Source: a virus. From it: a DNA stretch of 64,000 nt. The notes beneath the pieces are model-generated. The model saw only the letters and a program-made list of their open reading frames with translations. It was not told the origin of the DNA and made no database searches. Below, piece after piece: positions 36,647-46,949 of this stretch. The DNA is taken from the IMG/VR virus record IMGVR_UViG_3300034068_001120, positions 38,842 to 102,841 of that record; one strand, 5' to 3'. The first letter of the stretch is position 1. Each line of letters starts with the position of its first letter. The position numbers and the translations under genes are program-made.

Positions 36647-37465
36647 ATGATTAAGACAACAACAAAACTGAATGGTGGATCAATTATTTTGGAAGATGAT
36701 TCCAATAATGCATTGGTTGATTTTACCTTATCTAATAAATCTTCTCCTATCATGTCTCTTAACTGTGTGATATCTGGGAATGATTCCAAATCCGCTACCA
36801 TAGTAACTGCCTCATTATTAGAAAAATACAATCCAGTCTGTCTTGTAATTGAAACAAAAATGCGAGATTTGCTTTATTGCAGAAAAATAGAGAACGTATT
36901 TCGTTGCTCCACCATTAGAGATAAATCATTATTCACTATTTTAAATGATAACAAGGATGTGTGGTCTAGATTATTTTCAATGACAGAAGAAATTGATTGT
37001 GGAAATCTGGCAAAAAAATCACAAACAGGTATTGATTTTTTTTCAAATTCTTCTATATTTGCATTTGTGCGAAAGAATACAAGTCCATTTGAATTTCTTT
37101 CCATTAAAGAAGAATACGAATATAATAACAAAGAATTGTGTAACGCCAAGATAAGAGAATTTTTTGATATATTCGATACTAATCTGGTACATCTATCTGG
37201 TGGAGAAATTAAAAATTCGTTAACGACTTTGGTGGAATCCTTTAAAAAAAATATTCGAGATGAACGAGGAGTCTATTATAATTCATCCAGTTCATTTCAA
37301 AAAATATTCACAGATTTGGTTCTGCCATATATTCTGACCATTGGCGAATCTCATAATTCTTCTACCAATATGATTGAATTGTTTTCAAAAACCTTTGTGG
37401 ATTATATTACAATGACAGAGGAATTTTTGCTTAGATTTGGGCCAATACTTGATTCCAAACAATGA
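36647..37465 (+). CDS. hypothetical protein
   Basis: 272-aa ORF. Confidence 0.6.
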   Translation: MIKTTTKLNGGSIILEDDSNNALVDFTLSNKSSPIMSLNCVISGNDSKSATIVTASLLEKYNPVCLVIETKMRDLLYCRKIENVFRCSTIRDKSLFTILNDNKDVWSRLFSMTEEIDCGNLAKKSQTGIDFFSNSSIFAFVRKNTSPFEFLSIKEEYEYNNKELCNAKIREFFDIFDTNLVHLSGGEIKNSLTTLVESFKKNIRDERGVYYNSSSSFQKIFTDLVLPYILTIGESHNSSTNMIELFSKTFVDYITMTEEFLLRFGPILDSKQ

Positions 37466-37540
37466 ATTAGTCTTGCTGGAATCTGATGATTTTCAGCATA
37501 CATAATCTACCAAGCCGAACAATACTCAGGAGAATTTTTT

Positions 37541-39475
37541 ATGTCCCAATCCCGTGATCTACTTCCTACTCAATTTCAAACATTCATTCACTTATCAAGA
37601 TATTCCAGATGGTTGCACGAAGAAAATCGTAGAGAATCATGGACTGAAACTGTTAGTCGATATTTTGATTTCTTTGAAGCGCATTTAAAAGAAAACACAA
37701 AGTTCTCTTTGACCAAGGCTCTTCGAGCCGAATTGGAATCGGCTATTTTAAATCTTGAAGTTATGCCATCCATGCGCTGTTTGATGACAGCAGGAGAAGC
37801 ACTCACCAAATCAAATATTGCAGGATACAATTGTGCATACACTACAGTGAATCGTGTGCGAGCATTTGATGAGATTCTTTATGTTTTGCTGAATGGTACA
37901 GGAGTTGGATTTAGTATAGAACGCCAATATGTGGAACGACTTCCGACAATTGCAGAAGAGTTTTCTCAAAGCAATACTACTATCATTGTTGAAGATTCAA
38001 AAGGTGGATGGGCAAAGTCTTACAAAGAATTGATTTCACTGCTCATTGGTGGACAAATTCCAAAGTGGGATTTGAGTAAACTTCGTCCAGCGGGTGCAAG
38101 ACTAAAAACATTTGGTGGTCGTGCAAGTGGTCCTGCTCCACTTGATGAACTATTTCGTTTCACAATGGATTCTTTTAAACGAGCAGCAGGACGAAAATTA
38201 ACTTCAATTGAGTGTCATGATATTGTTTGCAAAATTGCAGAAGTAGTTGTGGTTGGTGGAGTTCGACGATCTGCACTGATTTCGCTGTCCAATCTCACAG
38301 ACGAAAAGATGCGAGATGCCAAGACAGGTGCATGGTGGAATGAGCATCCACAACGAGCACTTTCAAATAATTCTATTGCATATAAAGAAAAACCAGAGAT
38401 GGGCGTATTCATGGAAGAATGGATTTCTCTTTATAAATCCAAAAGCGGAGAACGAGGTATCTTCAATCGTGAGGCTGCAAAGAAAACGGTTGAAAAACTT
38501 GGAGATCGTCGTGATCCAAATTATGATTGGGGATGCAATCCATGTTCGGAAATTTTACTGAGAGATCGTGAGTTTTGCAATCTTTCTGAAGTAGTTGTTC
38601 GTGCAGAAGATACTGAAGAAACTCTAATGAGAAAGATTCGTATTGCTACAATTCTTGGAACATTCCAAGCATCTCTTACAAATTTTCCATATCTTTCAAG
38701 TGAATGGAAAAAGAATTGTGAAGAAGAAGCCTTGCTTGGAGTTTCTCTTACAGGAATTCTTGACAATAAGATATTGAGTAAAGTTTCTGTTGATACAAAG
38801 GCTCTTCTTACTCGTCTTCGTGAATCTGCAATTCTAGTAAACAAAGAGTTTGCAAAGCGGTTAGGCATCAATCCAGCAGCAGCAATTACTTGCACAAAAC
38901 CCAGCGGAACAGTTTCTACATTGGTAGATTCGGCAAGTGGTATTCATCCCCGACATGCCGAATATTATATTCGTACTGTTCGTGCAGATCGCAAAGATCC
39001 GTTGTGTCAACTAATGATTGATAAAGGATTTCCACACGAACAGTGTGTCACAAAGCCAGATTCTGTTACAGTATTTTCTTTTCCGATGCGAGCAATTGGA
39101 TCGGTTACTAGAAAAGATGTAAGTGCAATTGAGCATTTAGAATTGTGGTTAATGTATCAGCAATATTGGACAGAACACAAACCATCCATTACTGTGAGTG
39201 TTCGAGAACACGAATGGCTTGAGGTAGGTGCTTGGGTCTATAAAAACTTTGATGAAATTTCCGGAATTAGTTTTCTTCCATTTTCGGATCACACCTATCG
39301 TCAGGCTCCATTTCAGGATTGCACAAAGGAAGAATATGAAGCATTGGTCTCTCGCATTCCTGTGAATGTGGATTGGAGTGAACTTCAAAAGTACGAGAAA
39401 ACAGACAATACCACGGGTTCTCAAGAATTTGCTTGTAGTGGTGGATCATGCGAAATTGTGGATATTGTAAAATAA
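37541..39475 (+). CDS. nrdJ: class II (adenosylcobalamin) ribonucleotide reductase
   Basis: MPSMR, YNCAY, GGVRRSA, CNPCSEI, FCNLSE, KPSGT, C-terminal ACSGGSCE. Confidence 0.95.
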   Translation: MSQSRDLLPTQFQTFIHLSRYSRWLHEENRRESWTETVSRYFDFFEAHLKENTKFSLTKALRAELESAILNLEVMPSMRCLMTAGEALTKSNIAGYNCAYTTVNRVRAFDEILYVLLNGTGVGFSIERQYVERLPTIAEEFSQSNTTIIVEDSKGGWAKSYKELISLLIGGQIPKWDLSKLRPAGARLKTFGGRASGPAPLDELFRFTMDSFKRAAGRKLTSIECHDIVCKIAEVVVVGGVRRSALISLSNLTDEKMRDAKTGAWWNEHPQRALSNNSIAYKEKPEMGVFMEEWISLYKSKSGERGIFNREAAKKTVEKLGDRRDPNYDWGCNPCSEILLRDREFCNLSEVVVRAEDTEETLMRKIRIATILGTFQASLTNFPYLSSEWKKNCEEEALLGVSLTGILDNKILSKVSVDTKALLTRLRESAILVNKEFAKRLGINPAAAITCTKPSGTVSTLVDSASGIHPRHAEYYIRTVRADRKDPLCQLMIDKGFPHEQCVTKPDSVTVFSFPMRAIGSVTRKDVSAIEHLELWLMYQQYWTEHKPSITVSVREHEWLEVGAWVYKNFDEISGISFLPFSDHTYRQAPFQDCTKEEYEALVSRIPVNVDWSELQKYEKTDNTTGSQEFACSGGSCEIVDIVK

Positions 39476-39522
39476 TTTACCGAATATTTCATTTGGCACA
39501 TTAAATTGTGCTAAATAATAGC

Positions 39523-40263
39523 ATGAAGAGATATGTTCTCGCTCTTCTGTTAGTGGTTGCACTCGTCTGCATTCCAGCCTGTGTCGGGGGGACTCCCGCT
39601 TCACTTGTTGCACCACCCCCAGTATCTCATACAAAGCCCGCAGAGCCGTTCCTACGAGGTTTCACACCAATACCAGACTCCGAGGAGACTGGAGTTGGTT
39701 GTTTGATGACAGAACAGCACGAATTAATAGGAAGTGCTGTTCTTATCGGAAAAAAGCATATTCTCACTGCAGGACATTGTTTTGACGATACTCAAGCATA
39801 TTGGTTTGTCACCAACTGCAAAGAATATAAAATTTCCAAGCAAATAATACATCCAATTTTTAAATTGGCGGGTATGTTATTTAATGATTTGGCTATTGGT
39901 GTACTAGAAACGGAATGTGACGAAATTCCCATTGCAATACCCACCAAACCAATATTATTTTATCAAGGAATGGGATTAACTGCAATCGGACATGGCGGAG
40001 GAATACGCAAAAAAAGCAATCCAGGAACTATTTGGTATTACGGAACATTAGAAGAAGAACCAATAAGTTTTAAAATGATACCAATAAGTGGAACTATTTG
40101 GTTTGGAGATTCTGGTGGTGCAATTATAGATTCCTCGGGAACTCTTGTTGGTATTATATCTTCAATGAAAAGTCATCGTGGAACATTATTTGAAAATTCT
40201 GCAATTAGAGTTGATAGATTTTTACCTTGGATTACACAAATCATTTCGGAGACATCACAATGA
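39523..40263 (+). CDS. trypsin-like (S1) serine protease with lipoprotein-like signal
   Basis: Triad LTAGHC / NDLAI / GDSGG; signal peptide ending IPAC. Confidence 0.88.
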   Translation: MKRYVLALLLVVALVCIPACVGGTPASLVAPPPVSHTKPAEPFLRGFTPIPDSEETGVGCLMTEQHELIGSAVLIGKKHILTAGHCFDDTQAYWFVTNCKEYKISKQIIHPIFKLAGMLFNDLAIGVLETECDEIPIAIPTKPILFYQGMGLTAIGHGGGIRKKSNPGTIWYYGTLEEEPISFKMIPISGTIWFGDSGGAIIDSSGTLVGIISSMKSHRGTLFENSAIRVDRFLPWITQIISETSQ

Positions 40264-40359
40264 AACTCAATAAAATACAACAAATATTAGTTGCCACAAT
40301 TGGTTTTTGTATTGGAATGTTGTTGGCTCGCTCATTTGGCTACTAACATAAATAATTAC

Positions 40360-40941
40360 ATGATAATCGCTGGCATTGATTACTCGCTTCGAGGACCCGC
40401 CGTATGTCTTTATAAATCAGAAGACGGCAAGAAATTTTCATATGATGCTTGTTCCTTTTATTTTTTAACAGATAACAAAAAACAATCTGAAATTTGTAAT
40501 ACTCATATATTTGGCGAGCGATTATCAGATTGGACAAGCGAAGAACAAAGATATGAATCTATAGCAGATTGGGCCATTGATATAGTAATGGGTGCAACAC
40601 ATGTTGCTTTGGAAGGCTATGCATTTGGTGCGCAAGGAAGAGTGTTTCAGATAGCCGAGAATACAGGAATACTTAAATATAAATTATATCAGTTGGGTAT
40701 TCCTGTTACAATTATTCCTCCATCAGAAGTAAAGAAATACGCAACAACCAAAGGAAATGCCGATAAAAATTTAATGTATTCGGCATGGATTGCAGATACA
40801 GGAATAGATCTTAAAGGATTGCTTACACCTAAAAAACAGGATTCTGGTTCTCCTGTTTCTGATATAGTAGATTCTTTTTATATTTGTAAACGATTATATA
40901 GCACTATCGCCAACGATAATAAAATTACAACAGAGGATTAG
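40360..40941 (+). CDS. RuvC-like Holliday junction resolvase
   Basis: IAGIDYS, ALEGYAF, AENTG.LK, PSEVKK.AT.KGNADK, DIVDS. Confidence 0.85.
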   Translation: MIIAGIDYSLRGPAVCLYKSEDGKKFSYDACSFYFLTDNKKQSEICNTHIFGERLSDWTSEEQRYESIADWAIDIVMGATHVALEGYAFGAQGRVFQIAENTGILKYKLYQLGIPVTIIPPSEVKKYATTKGNADKNLMYSAWIADTGIDLKGLLTPKKQDSGSPVSDIVDSFYICKRLYSTIANDNKITTED

Positions 40942-41317
40942 CGCGTCTCTCTGCTAGTGCCGCAAAGTTCTTTGCCTTTGTTCTACCATCATAAGCCCAA
41001 GCATAACCTTGATCTACTAGTAATTTATTAAGAGTCTTTCCATCCAATCCTGTAAAGACACCAAGAATTCTTCCGTACTTATCGTCTTTGGTGGTTTGTA
41101 ATTTAAATGGAGTATTCTTTGCAAACCAATTTGAGATATATTCTTTTGCTTCGAGTCCTAGTTTCTTTTCTACAAGATCTTTGGTTGCAGATTCTGGAGT
41201 GTCGATTCCAAGAAGACGCACTCGTTCTTTTTTTGTGGTATTAAAGCCAAGATCGATAAGAACATCAACTGTATCTCCATCAACAATCTTTATAAGACTG
41301 GATGAGTATTCATACAT
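40925..41317 (-). CDS. thermonuclease (SNase-like)
   Basis: IVDGDTVD, RVRLLGIDTPE, DKYGRILG, N..LV..GYA..YDG. Confidence 0.93.
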   Translation of the reverse strand: MYEYSSSLIKIVDGDTVDVLIDLGFNTTKKERVRLLGIDTPESATKDLVEKKLGLEAKEYISNWFAKNTPFKLQTTKDDKYGRILGVFTGLDGKTLNKLLVDQGYAWAYDGRTKAKNFAALAERRANPLL

Positions 41318-41825
41318 TTTTTCGTTTTCTTTTTGGTTGATCTACAAATCCGTCGTTGTTTGCATCTTTGTCTTGATTTCTAATAAAGAAGAAATAATAT
41401 ACCAATCCACCAATTGCTATTATATAAAATAGAATAGCATACCAGTTAATTTTGGACATGGTAACAATAGTACCTTTCTTCAATGTAATATCAGAAGATT
41501 CTTCCAATCGAATGGTTGCTGAATCTTTAATAATAAGAAACGTGTTTGGAGGAAGAATTATCTTTGTATTTTTTGGAAGATCTACTTCTTTGCCACCAAC
41601 AGTAGTTTTAGTTGATTGTGCAAGTGTTGCTTCTACAGAAGGTTTATCTTCTGTTTCGGTTTGTACGTGGGTACCTCTATCAAGAGTAGCCACGACTCCT
41701 GGAGATACTACTACTTGTGTATCTTTTGTCAGTACATTTGGGGTTGGATTAGTAAGACTCGGCATGCTAATCGAAGGAGAGCATCCAACACACAACATTA
41801 CAAATAACAAGGCAATCACTTTCAT
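41310..41825 (-). CDS. lipoprotein with C-terminal TM helix (u-spanin-like topology)
   Basis: Lipobox-like CVGC-S, beta-rich middle, TM WYAILFYIIAIGGLVYYFFFI, basic tail. Confidence 0.5.
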   Translation of the reverse strand: MKVIALLFVMLCVGCSPSISMPSLTNPTPNVLTKDTQVVVSPGVVATLDRGTHVQTETEDKPSVEATLAQSTKTTVGGKEVDLPKNTKIILPPNTFLIIKDSATIRLEESSDITLKKGTIVTMSKINWYAILFYIIAIGGLVYYFFFIRNQDKDANNDGFVDQPKRKRKNV

Positions 41826-42048
41826 AATATTCTTTCTTTATTTTGTTTTTCTTTTTACTCGTGGTGCACGTAATTTAATCTTTGTTTTATGAGACTGAAG
41901 GGTTTTTATAATTCTCTTATTTTTGTTTTGCTTTGTTTCTGTAAGAGATGCCTTTGCCATAATCTTAGACCATTGAGCGCAACACCATGTCCAGCAAACT
42001 TCCCAAACTTCGATTATTTTATTCTTAATAGTAGTGTACATATATTCC

Positions 42049-42492
42049 TTATGATTTGTTAGCGGCTGCTGCTGATCCAAAATAAAATCCAACGATTGAA
42101 ACTAAAATTTGACGATTCTCTGTTGTAAACAAATATCCATTAATGGTTTGAAATAACTTGGTACTGTTTGATGGTACTAATCCAAACAACCATTCTGGTG
42201 ATGTGTATTCAATTTCTACTATAGTTGGAATGCCAAAGAATGGTAGAATGAATGGAGCAAGAATGGTTCCGAATAGAATCGCTATGACGATTATTTGCCG
42301 AACACCTTTACCAACATCAATCGGAACTCTCTTGATTGCTGCATCTTGAGATTGAGTTGCTTGTTTCTTGAAGGCCATTGCTCTCTGAAAGTTTTCTTGT
42401 GCGTTTTTTCTATTTTCTGCCATGTGACGAAAAATGAATCCTGTTGCAGATCCAGCAATTAAAGTAATTAGTTCCGTGGGTATCATATCCAT
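42049..42492 (-). CDS. holin-like membrane protein
   Basis: Three hydrophobic segments; C-terminal IVGFYFGS. Confidence 0.6.
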   Translation of the reverse strand: MDMIPTELITLIAGSATGFIFRHMAENRKNAQENFQRAMAFKKQATQSQDAAIKRVPIDVGKGVRQIIVIAILFGTILAPFILPFFGIPTIVEIEYTSPEWLFGLVPSNSTKLFQTINGYLFTTENRQILVSIVGFYFGSAAAANKS

Positions 42493-42496
42493 ATAT

Positions 42497-42688
42497 TTAT
42501 CTTTTTGGAAGTTTTCTTCTGCTCATTGGAAGAACAATAGGATTCGCTGGTTTCCTGTTTCTGTGTTTTCTCTGGCTTGGAGTCAATCCAGCAGGAAGAC
42601 TATCTGGAGTTAATCCTGCTATTTGACCACTACCAACAGAATTTGTAGGCACGAAATCTTCTCTCATAAACGCTATAAATGTTTTCAT
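42497..42688 (-). CDS. small protein with capsid-targeting-like N-terminus
   Basis: MKTFIAFMREDF.PTNSVG.G.IAG. Confidence 0.65.
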   Translation of the reverse strand: MKTFIAFMREDFVPTNSVGSGQIAGLTPDSLPAGLTPSQRKHRNRKPANPIVLPMSRRKLPKR

Positions 42689-43083
42689 TTGGATATTTCG
42701 GTAGTTTTTAGTAAGAGAGTGGCAAGTGGTTGATCTATTGGAATGGTATTGACTGATATAGTATCCAGTATTGTATTTTCTTCAATGAAATTAAGATATA
42801 ATAGTACTGTTTTTAATGGCGAGTGTATCTGTGATTCTAACTTAAAAAAAAGCATTCGAGAAGTAGCCTGAGGACCAAAGATATTTCCTAATATCATTAA
42901 ATGATTTAATAAGAGAATTGGTCGTATATTTCCTGTTCTGGTATACTTTTTAAGTAACCGTTTAATATATTTAATCTTTGATAAATCTTCTGTGAATTCT
43001 TCTATTCCACTACAATCACAATTCGAATAATTGCCTATTGCGTATAGCAGAAAATTTTCCTTGGTTAATATCCTCATATCCAT
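42685..43083 (-). CDS. conserved T4-like hypothetical protein
   Basis: LTKENFLLYA...Y....C...EEF.EDL...KYIKRL...LLLNHL..L.N.FG. Confidence 0.75.
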   Translation of the reverse strand: MDMRILTKENFLLYAIGNYSNCDCSGIEEFTEDLSKIKYIKRLLKKYTRTGNIRPILLLNHLMILGNIFGPQATSRMLFFKLESQIHSPLKTVLLYLNFIEENTILDTISVNTIPIDQPLATLLLKTTEISK

Positions 43084-43103
43084 AACGAAAAGATTTCTGT
43101 TTA

Positions 43104-44360
43104 TTATCCCGTTGTACGAGCTTTGCGAGCGTTGCGGATTGCATCTCTTTTTGAAGATGCCGCTAATGATCCGCGAAACTTCTTTGCTGTTTCAGGTGAT
43201 TTTTCTTTATTCTGCTGACCCATCCTCTTGAGAGCAAGTCCACTCATTCTACCAGCCCGACCCGTTGAAGCAAATCCGTCTGGTTTAATGGCTTCTAATA
43301 CTTCGGAATTCTCGGATGTGGTATCTTCATTGGTCTTGGTCATATTTAATTTTCTTAATTTCTTTTTTCCCGTACTGATTGTTGTTGCTGCTTTATCAGC
43401 GGCTCGTGCTGCTGCATTTGGATTTTTACTAGGATCTGTTCTGGTAGTTTCTCCTGCTTTCTTAGCCTTTTCTATTTTTGTTTTCAGTGTTGCTGCAGCA
43501 TCAGAGGTTGCTACATCATCATTGGTGTAGGCTTCATTGGTTTTAAAATTTGCTCCCCTGTGTGTTGCCGCTGCACCTTTCCCGTATCTGTCCTTAAGAA
43601 GCTTTGCAAATGCCGATACCCTTTTCGCCTTTGGTGTTGTTGGTTTGCTCTTGACTGGTCTAGTTGACACGTCAGTTAAGACCTCATCAACTTGTTCCAC
43701 TGATTCATTTCTTTTTAGTGTTGCCGCTGCAGGAGATATTGTGGATCTAGGTGGAGCCGCGCCTTGTGGTCGAAGATAAGCATGCACGGTATAAAGATAA
43801 TCAGGTGTAAGTTCAATATTAACATGTAGGTTTACAGCAGGTAATCCTTCTGCATCTCTTGCTTTTCCGTCAAATCGAAGTTCTCCACTGTTTCCATCAT
43901 ATCCATCCACTCTACCAAATCTATTAATAGGAAGAACAAAAGAGCCTACGTCTTTGTTCTTCAAATCAATGAATGTTCTCAAGTCAAGATCAAGAAGAAA
44001 TACATTTAATCGAACACGAATCTTGTTGAATGCTTCCATTGGATCTGTGTATGTTGCATGTCCAATAGCGGCAAGCATGGCATTAATACTATTAAGCATC
44101 TTTGGATTTTGAATACGATAAGTTCCATCATCGTTATATGCAGAACGATGAGAATTTCCAGTAACATATTCACCATATTCTGCTTCTGAAAGAGTTGTCC
44201 GAAATGATTTAAATGATTTGTCTTCGCTCATATGTTTTGCCTTTGAAATTTCTACTGCCGCTAATTGGGCAAGTGCTGCCTTTTTTGTTGAATGTGTTCC
44301 TAGAGTCTCGTCTCCACTACTAGTGGTTACCTTATATTTATCGCCTATTTTTTTAATCAT
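43104..44360 (-). CDS. multi-segment putative head/core protein
   Basis: Internal KSFKSFRTTLSE; repeated xNE/xDE/xLE sites; basic tail. Confidence 0.6.
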   Translation of the reverse strand: MIKKIGDKYKVTTSSGDETLGTHSTKKAALAQLAAVEISKAKHMSEDKSFKSFRTTLSEAEYGEYVTGNSHRSAYNDDGTYRIQNPKMLNSINAMLAAIGHATYTDPMEAFNKIRVRLNVFLLDLDLRTFIDLKNKDVGSFVLPINRFGRVDGYDGNSGELRFDGKARDAEGLPAVNLHVNIELTPDYLYTVHAYLRPQGAAPPRSTISPAAATLKRNESVEQVDEVLTDVSTRPVKSKPTTPKAKRVSAFAKLLKDRYGKGAAATHRGANFKTNEAYTNDDVATSDAAATLKTKIEKAKKAGETTRTDPSKNPNAAARAADKAATTISTGKKKLRKLNMTKTNEDTTSENSEVLEAIKPDGFASTGRAGRMSGLALKRMGQQNKEKSPETAKKFRGSLAASSKRDAIRNARKARTTG

Positions 44361-45529
44361 TGTCGATTCTTGTCATTTATCGTCTTGGTTGCCTTACGAT
44401 TAAATCCTTGTAATCCGGCTGTGAATGCACCCTTTCCTGGACTAGTCAGGAACCTTGATGGTCGAATTGCTGCTCGCCCACCTTTCCCAGCCTCTCCTCC
44501 GCCCCCACGAACTGCTCTCTGCATCTCGTTCTTATTTACTGCATTCCTAACCTTAGCGTTTCCTTGCGGAGTAGTTTTTAATTTCTTTGAACGAATCATT
44601 CTTAGGGTTTTGGCTTTAAGATTGCGTACAACAGGCTTTGGTTCGTTATCTGATACTGGTTCTGGATTATCAGCCAGGGTTTTGATTTTTCTTTTTTTGT
44701 CTATCTTGGCACGTACAGCTTCAAGAGACTTCTTGGGTTTTTTTGTTGTAGAAGGATTCTCGGCTCGCTTTTTTGCTTGTAATCTAGCAGCATCTCCTGC
44801 GGACATTACACCAATTTCTTCCATTAATTGAAAGAAAGTTTTTCCTGCAGAAACAGGACCCCATTCCCCGCGACTTTCGTTGTATAATTTAACTGCCCAA
44901 GCATTAATACATTCCTTGGAATCATATTTTTCTTTTGCAGAATCCTTTGCTTCTAGCCACAAAGAAAGTTCAAGAGGAACATAATCTTCTAACAATTCTG
45001 CGGCCATGATATCCAGCTCTAGTTCAGTTACCAAATCTGGGGAAGATTGTGTAACAGATTCGTTCATACGACCTGCAGTCTTTTTGAATGCATTAAATAA
45101 AACAGGACTGCCTGTTATTCGTTTGGCAAGAGTATCCAACACATGAACCATTAAATCTCGATATGCATGTGCCGACTTAATAGATTTTAGATTTTCTCTG
45201 TTTGATGCAAGTTTCTTTGCATTACCAAGATGCTTCTTTTCTACCAATCCAGTTCGCAATAGGTTGTCTATTTTTCCTGCATCTTCCCATAGTGGCTTTG
45301 TTGGAGGAAGAGTCTTTATAACTGTTTCATAAAGAGCATCATTGCTTGCAATATACTCTAAGGAGTCCGCAATTACTTCATGAATCAATGCGTGTGATCC
45401 TGGCTCACTCATCATTTCTTCTGGACTTTCAAATACTAATGCAACGCGGCTCACATTATTTTCTGAAATTAGTCCAAGACGATGTAAAATTCCAAGTTTC
45501 GATGATATGCCATTAAATGATGAATCCAT
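44357..45529 (-). CDS. putative head/core protein with basic C-terminal segment
   Basis: TATAAATA upstream; internal KTFFQLMEE precedes a K/R-rich region. Confidence 0.6.
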   Translation of the reverse strand: MDSSFNGISSKLGILHRLGLISENNVSRVALVFESPEEMMSEPGSHALIHEVIADSLEYIASNDALYETVIKTLPPTKPLWEDAGKIDNLLRTGLVEKKHLGNAKKLASNRENLKSIKSAHAYRDLMVHVLDTLAKRITGSPVLFNAFKKTAGRMNESVTQSSPDLVTELELDIMAAELLEDYVPLELSLWLEAKDSAKEKYDSKECINAWAVKLYNESRGEWGPVSAGKTFFQLMEEIGVMSAGDAARLQAKKRAENPSTTKKPKKSLEAVRAKIDKKRKIKTLADNPEPVSDNEPKPVVRNLKAKTLRMIRSKKLKTTPQGNAKVRNAVNKNEMQRAVRGGGGEAGKGGRAAIRPSRFLTSPGKGAFTAGLQGFNRKATKTINDKNRQ

Positions 45530-46019
45530 ATAGTCTCCCTTTTATCTATTTATAAATTTTTTAGAGCCTACTATTAGTAGGGAATTGAGTTTAAGATTAA
45601 CTCCGCCTCTTTTAGGAGTTAATAATATTTTTATTTCGGCTTCTGGGTTTTCCACTACGCCATCTTTCACTATAAGTATGTCTGTATATCCCAGACTAGT
45701 AAGATACTTTATGGCATCTAGGGGTATTTTTATTTCTTTTTCGTGGAAAAACAATATTTGTGGGTATTTTTTACGTAATTCTTGTAATTTTAATGGAGAA
45801 ATGCGGTTATTTTTTAGAAAAACAGCATTTTCAAAGCCATTCTGTTTACAAATATTTAAAACCGAGACAATCAGTGGCTGGTGTTCCAAAGATGGTGGCG
45901 AAAAAACACAAAACGCAACAACAATGCATCTGCGTTTTGGTTTAATTAAACTTGTCTTTGCCACTTCGATCACCTCCTCGATAGTATTTGGAACACCAAC
46001 CATCCGATTGTGATTCCTA

Positions 46020-46685
46020 TTATTTAGTATTCCACTGATCTCTTTTCCACGCAGAAATATAATCAAAGAGATTTTCTACATGTTCTCTTGGAGTGGATTC
46101 AAACACCTGACAGCCTCCACTTTCGACTCCGATAATTATAGTAATGTTCGGAATTGCTTGACCAGTTCTATCCTGCCACATTAACGCATATGCTGTTGCT
46201 TGTGTAAAATAATCCAGAATACCATCTTCGGATTTTGGGTTTGTTGAGGATTTAAAATCAATAACGGATAGCTTTCCATCAAATTCGCCTATACAATCTG
46301 TTCGTCCTGCTAGTCCTATTTTCTTGGACCATAGCGCAACTTCAATGGCTCGTATGGCTCCAATACGATCAATGTCTTCTCGCATGGAATGAAACAAATC
46401 CGTTGCCGAAGTTCCTTCAGATTCTGATAATAGCTGTGGTGTCAGGGTATTGAGTAGATACGACTCTATGGTGGAATGCATTGCCGTTCCGCGAGACAGC
46501 ACTCGGCGTGATTCATCTGGATTTTTTTTTCTCCAGTGAGCAAAAAATGCTCGTTTCTTCCATCCTGTTACCGTTGTCACGGACGGAAAAACTCCATCAG
46601 GAGTTTGATATCTTCTTCCTTTGTCGTCTTCTATAGAGGAGATAGAACCATCAAAAGTAATAAATTCATGACAAAAAGATTTCAT
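46020..46685 (-). CDS. PD-(D/E)XK exonuclease
   Basis: PSVTTV, RGTAMH, E..LWS, AGRTD, IDFKSS, Q..AYA. Confidence 0.9.
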   Translation of the reverse strand: MKSFCHEFITFDGSISSIEDDKGRRYQTPDGVFPSVTTVTGWKKRAFFAHWRKKNPDESRRVLSRGTAMHSTIESYLLNTLTPQLLSESEGTSATDLFHSMREDIDRIGAIRAIEVALWSKKIGLAGRTDCIGEFDGKLSVIDFKSSTNPKSEDGILDYFTQATAYALMWQDRTGQAIPNITIIIGVESGGCQVFESTPREHVENLFDYISAWKRDQWNTK

Positions 46686-46859
46686 TTATTCTTCTGGTTT
46701 TGGAGTCTCGTCAATCACTGTTTCGTCATTGGATCTCGGTGGTGATGGTTCGTTTATTTTACTTTGGTTTCTGTTTTGAAACTTAGAAGCACTTTTCCAA
46801 TCAGGATTGTTTTCCTGATTCTGTTTTAACCATAACATATAATCTTTAATGTTTGTCAT
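46686..46859 (-). CDS. 57-aa hypothetical protein (not in the ORF track)
   Basis: AAGGAG SD; MTNIKDYMLWLKQ...PKPEE; stop abuts the exonuclease start. Confidence 0.55.
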   Translation of the reverse strand: MTNIKDYMLWLKQNQENNPDWKSASKFQNRNQSKINEPSPPRSNDETVIDETPKPEE

Positions 46860-46949
46860 AATAATCTCCTTATTGTAAGTATCCGATCAGTCTCATAATT
46901 CGTAGCATCCTAATTTCATGGTGTGAGTATATCATGAATAGTTATAGTG

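Noticed and set aside
45542-46066. Cytidylyltransferase-like gene
   Set aside because: An ORF with a faint F.PP...H resemblance exists, but the motif is degenerate and the start uncertain, so no function was called.
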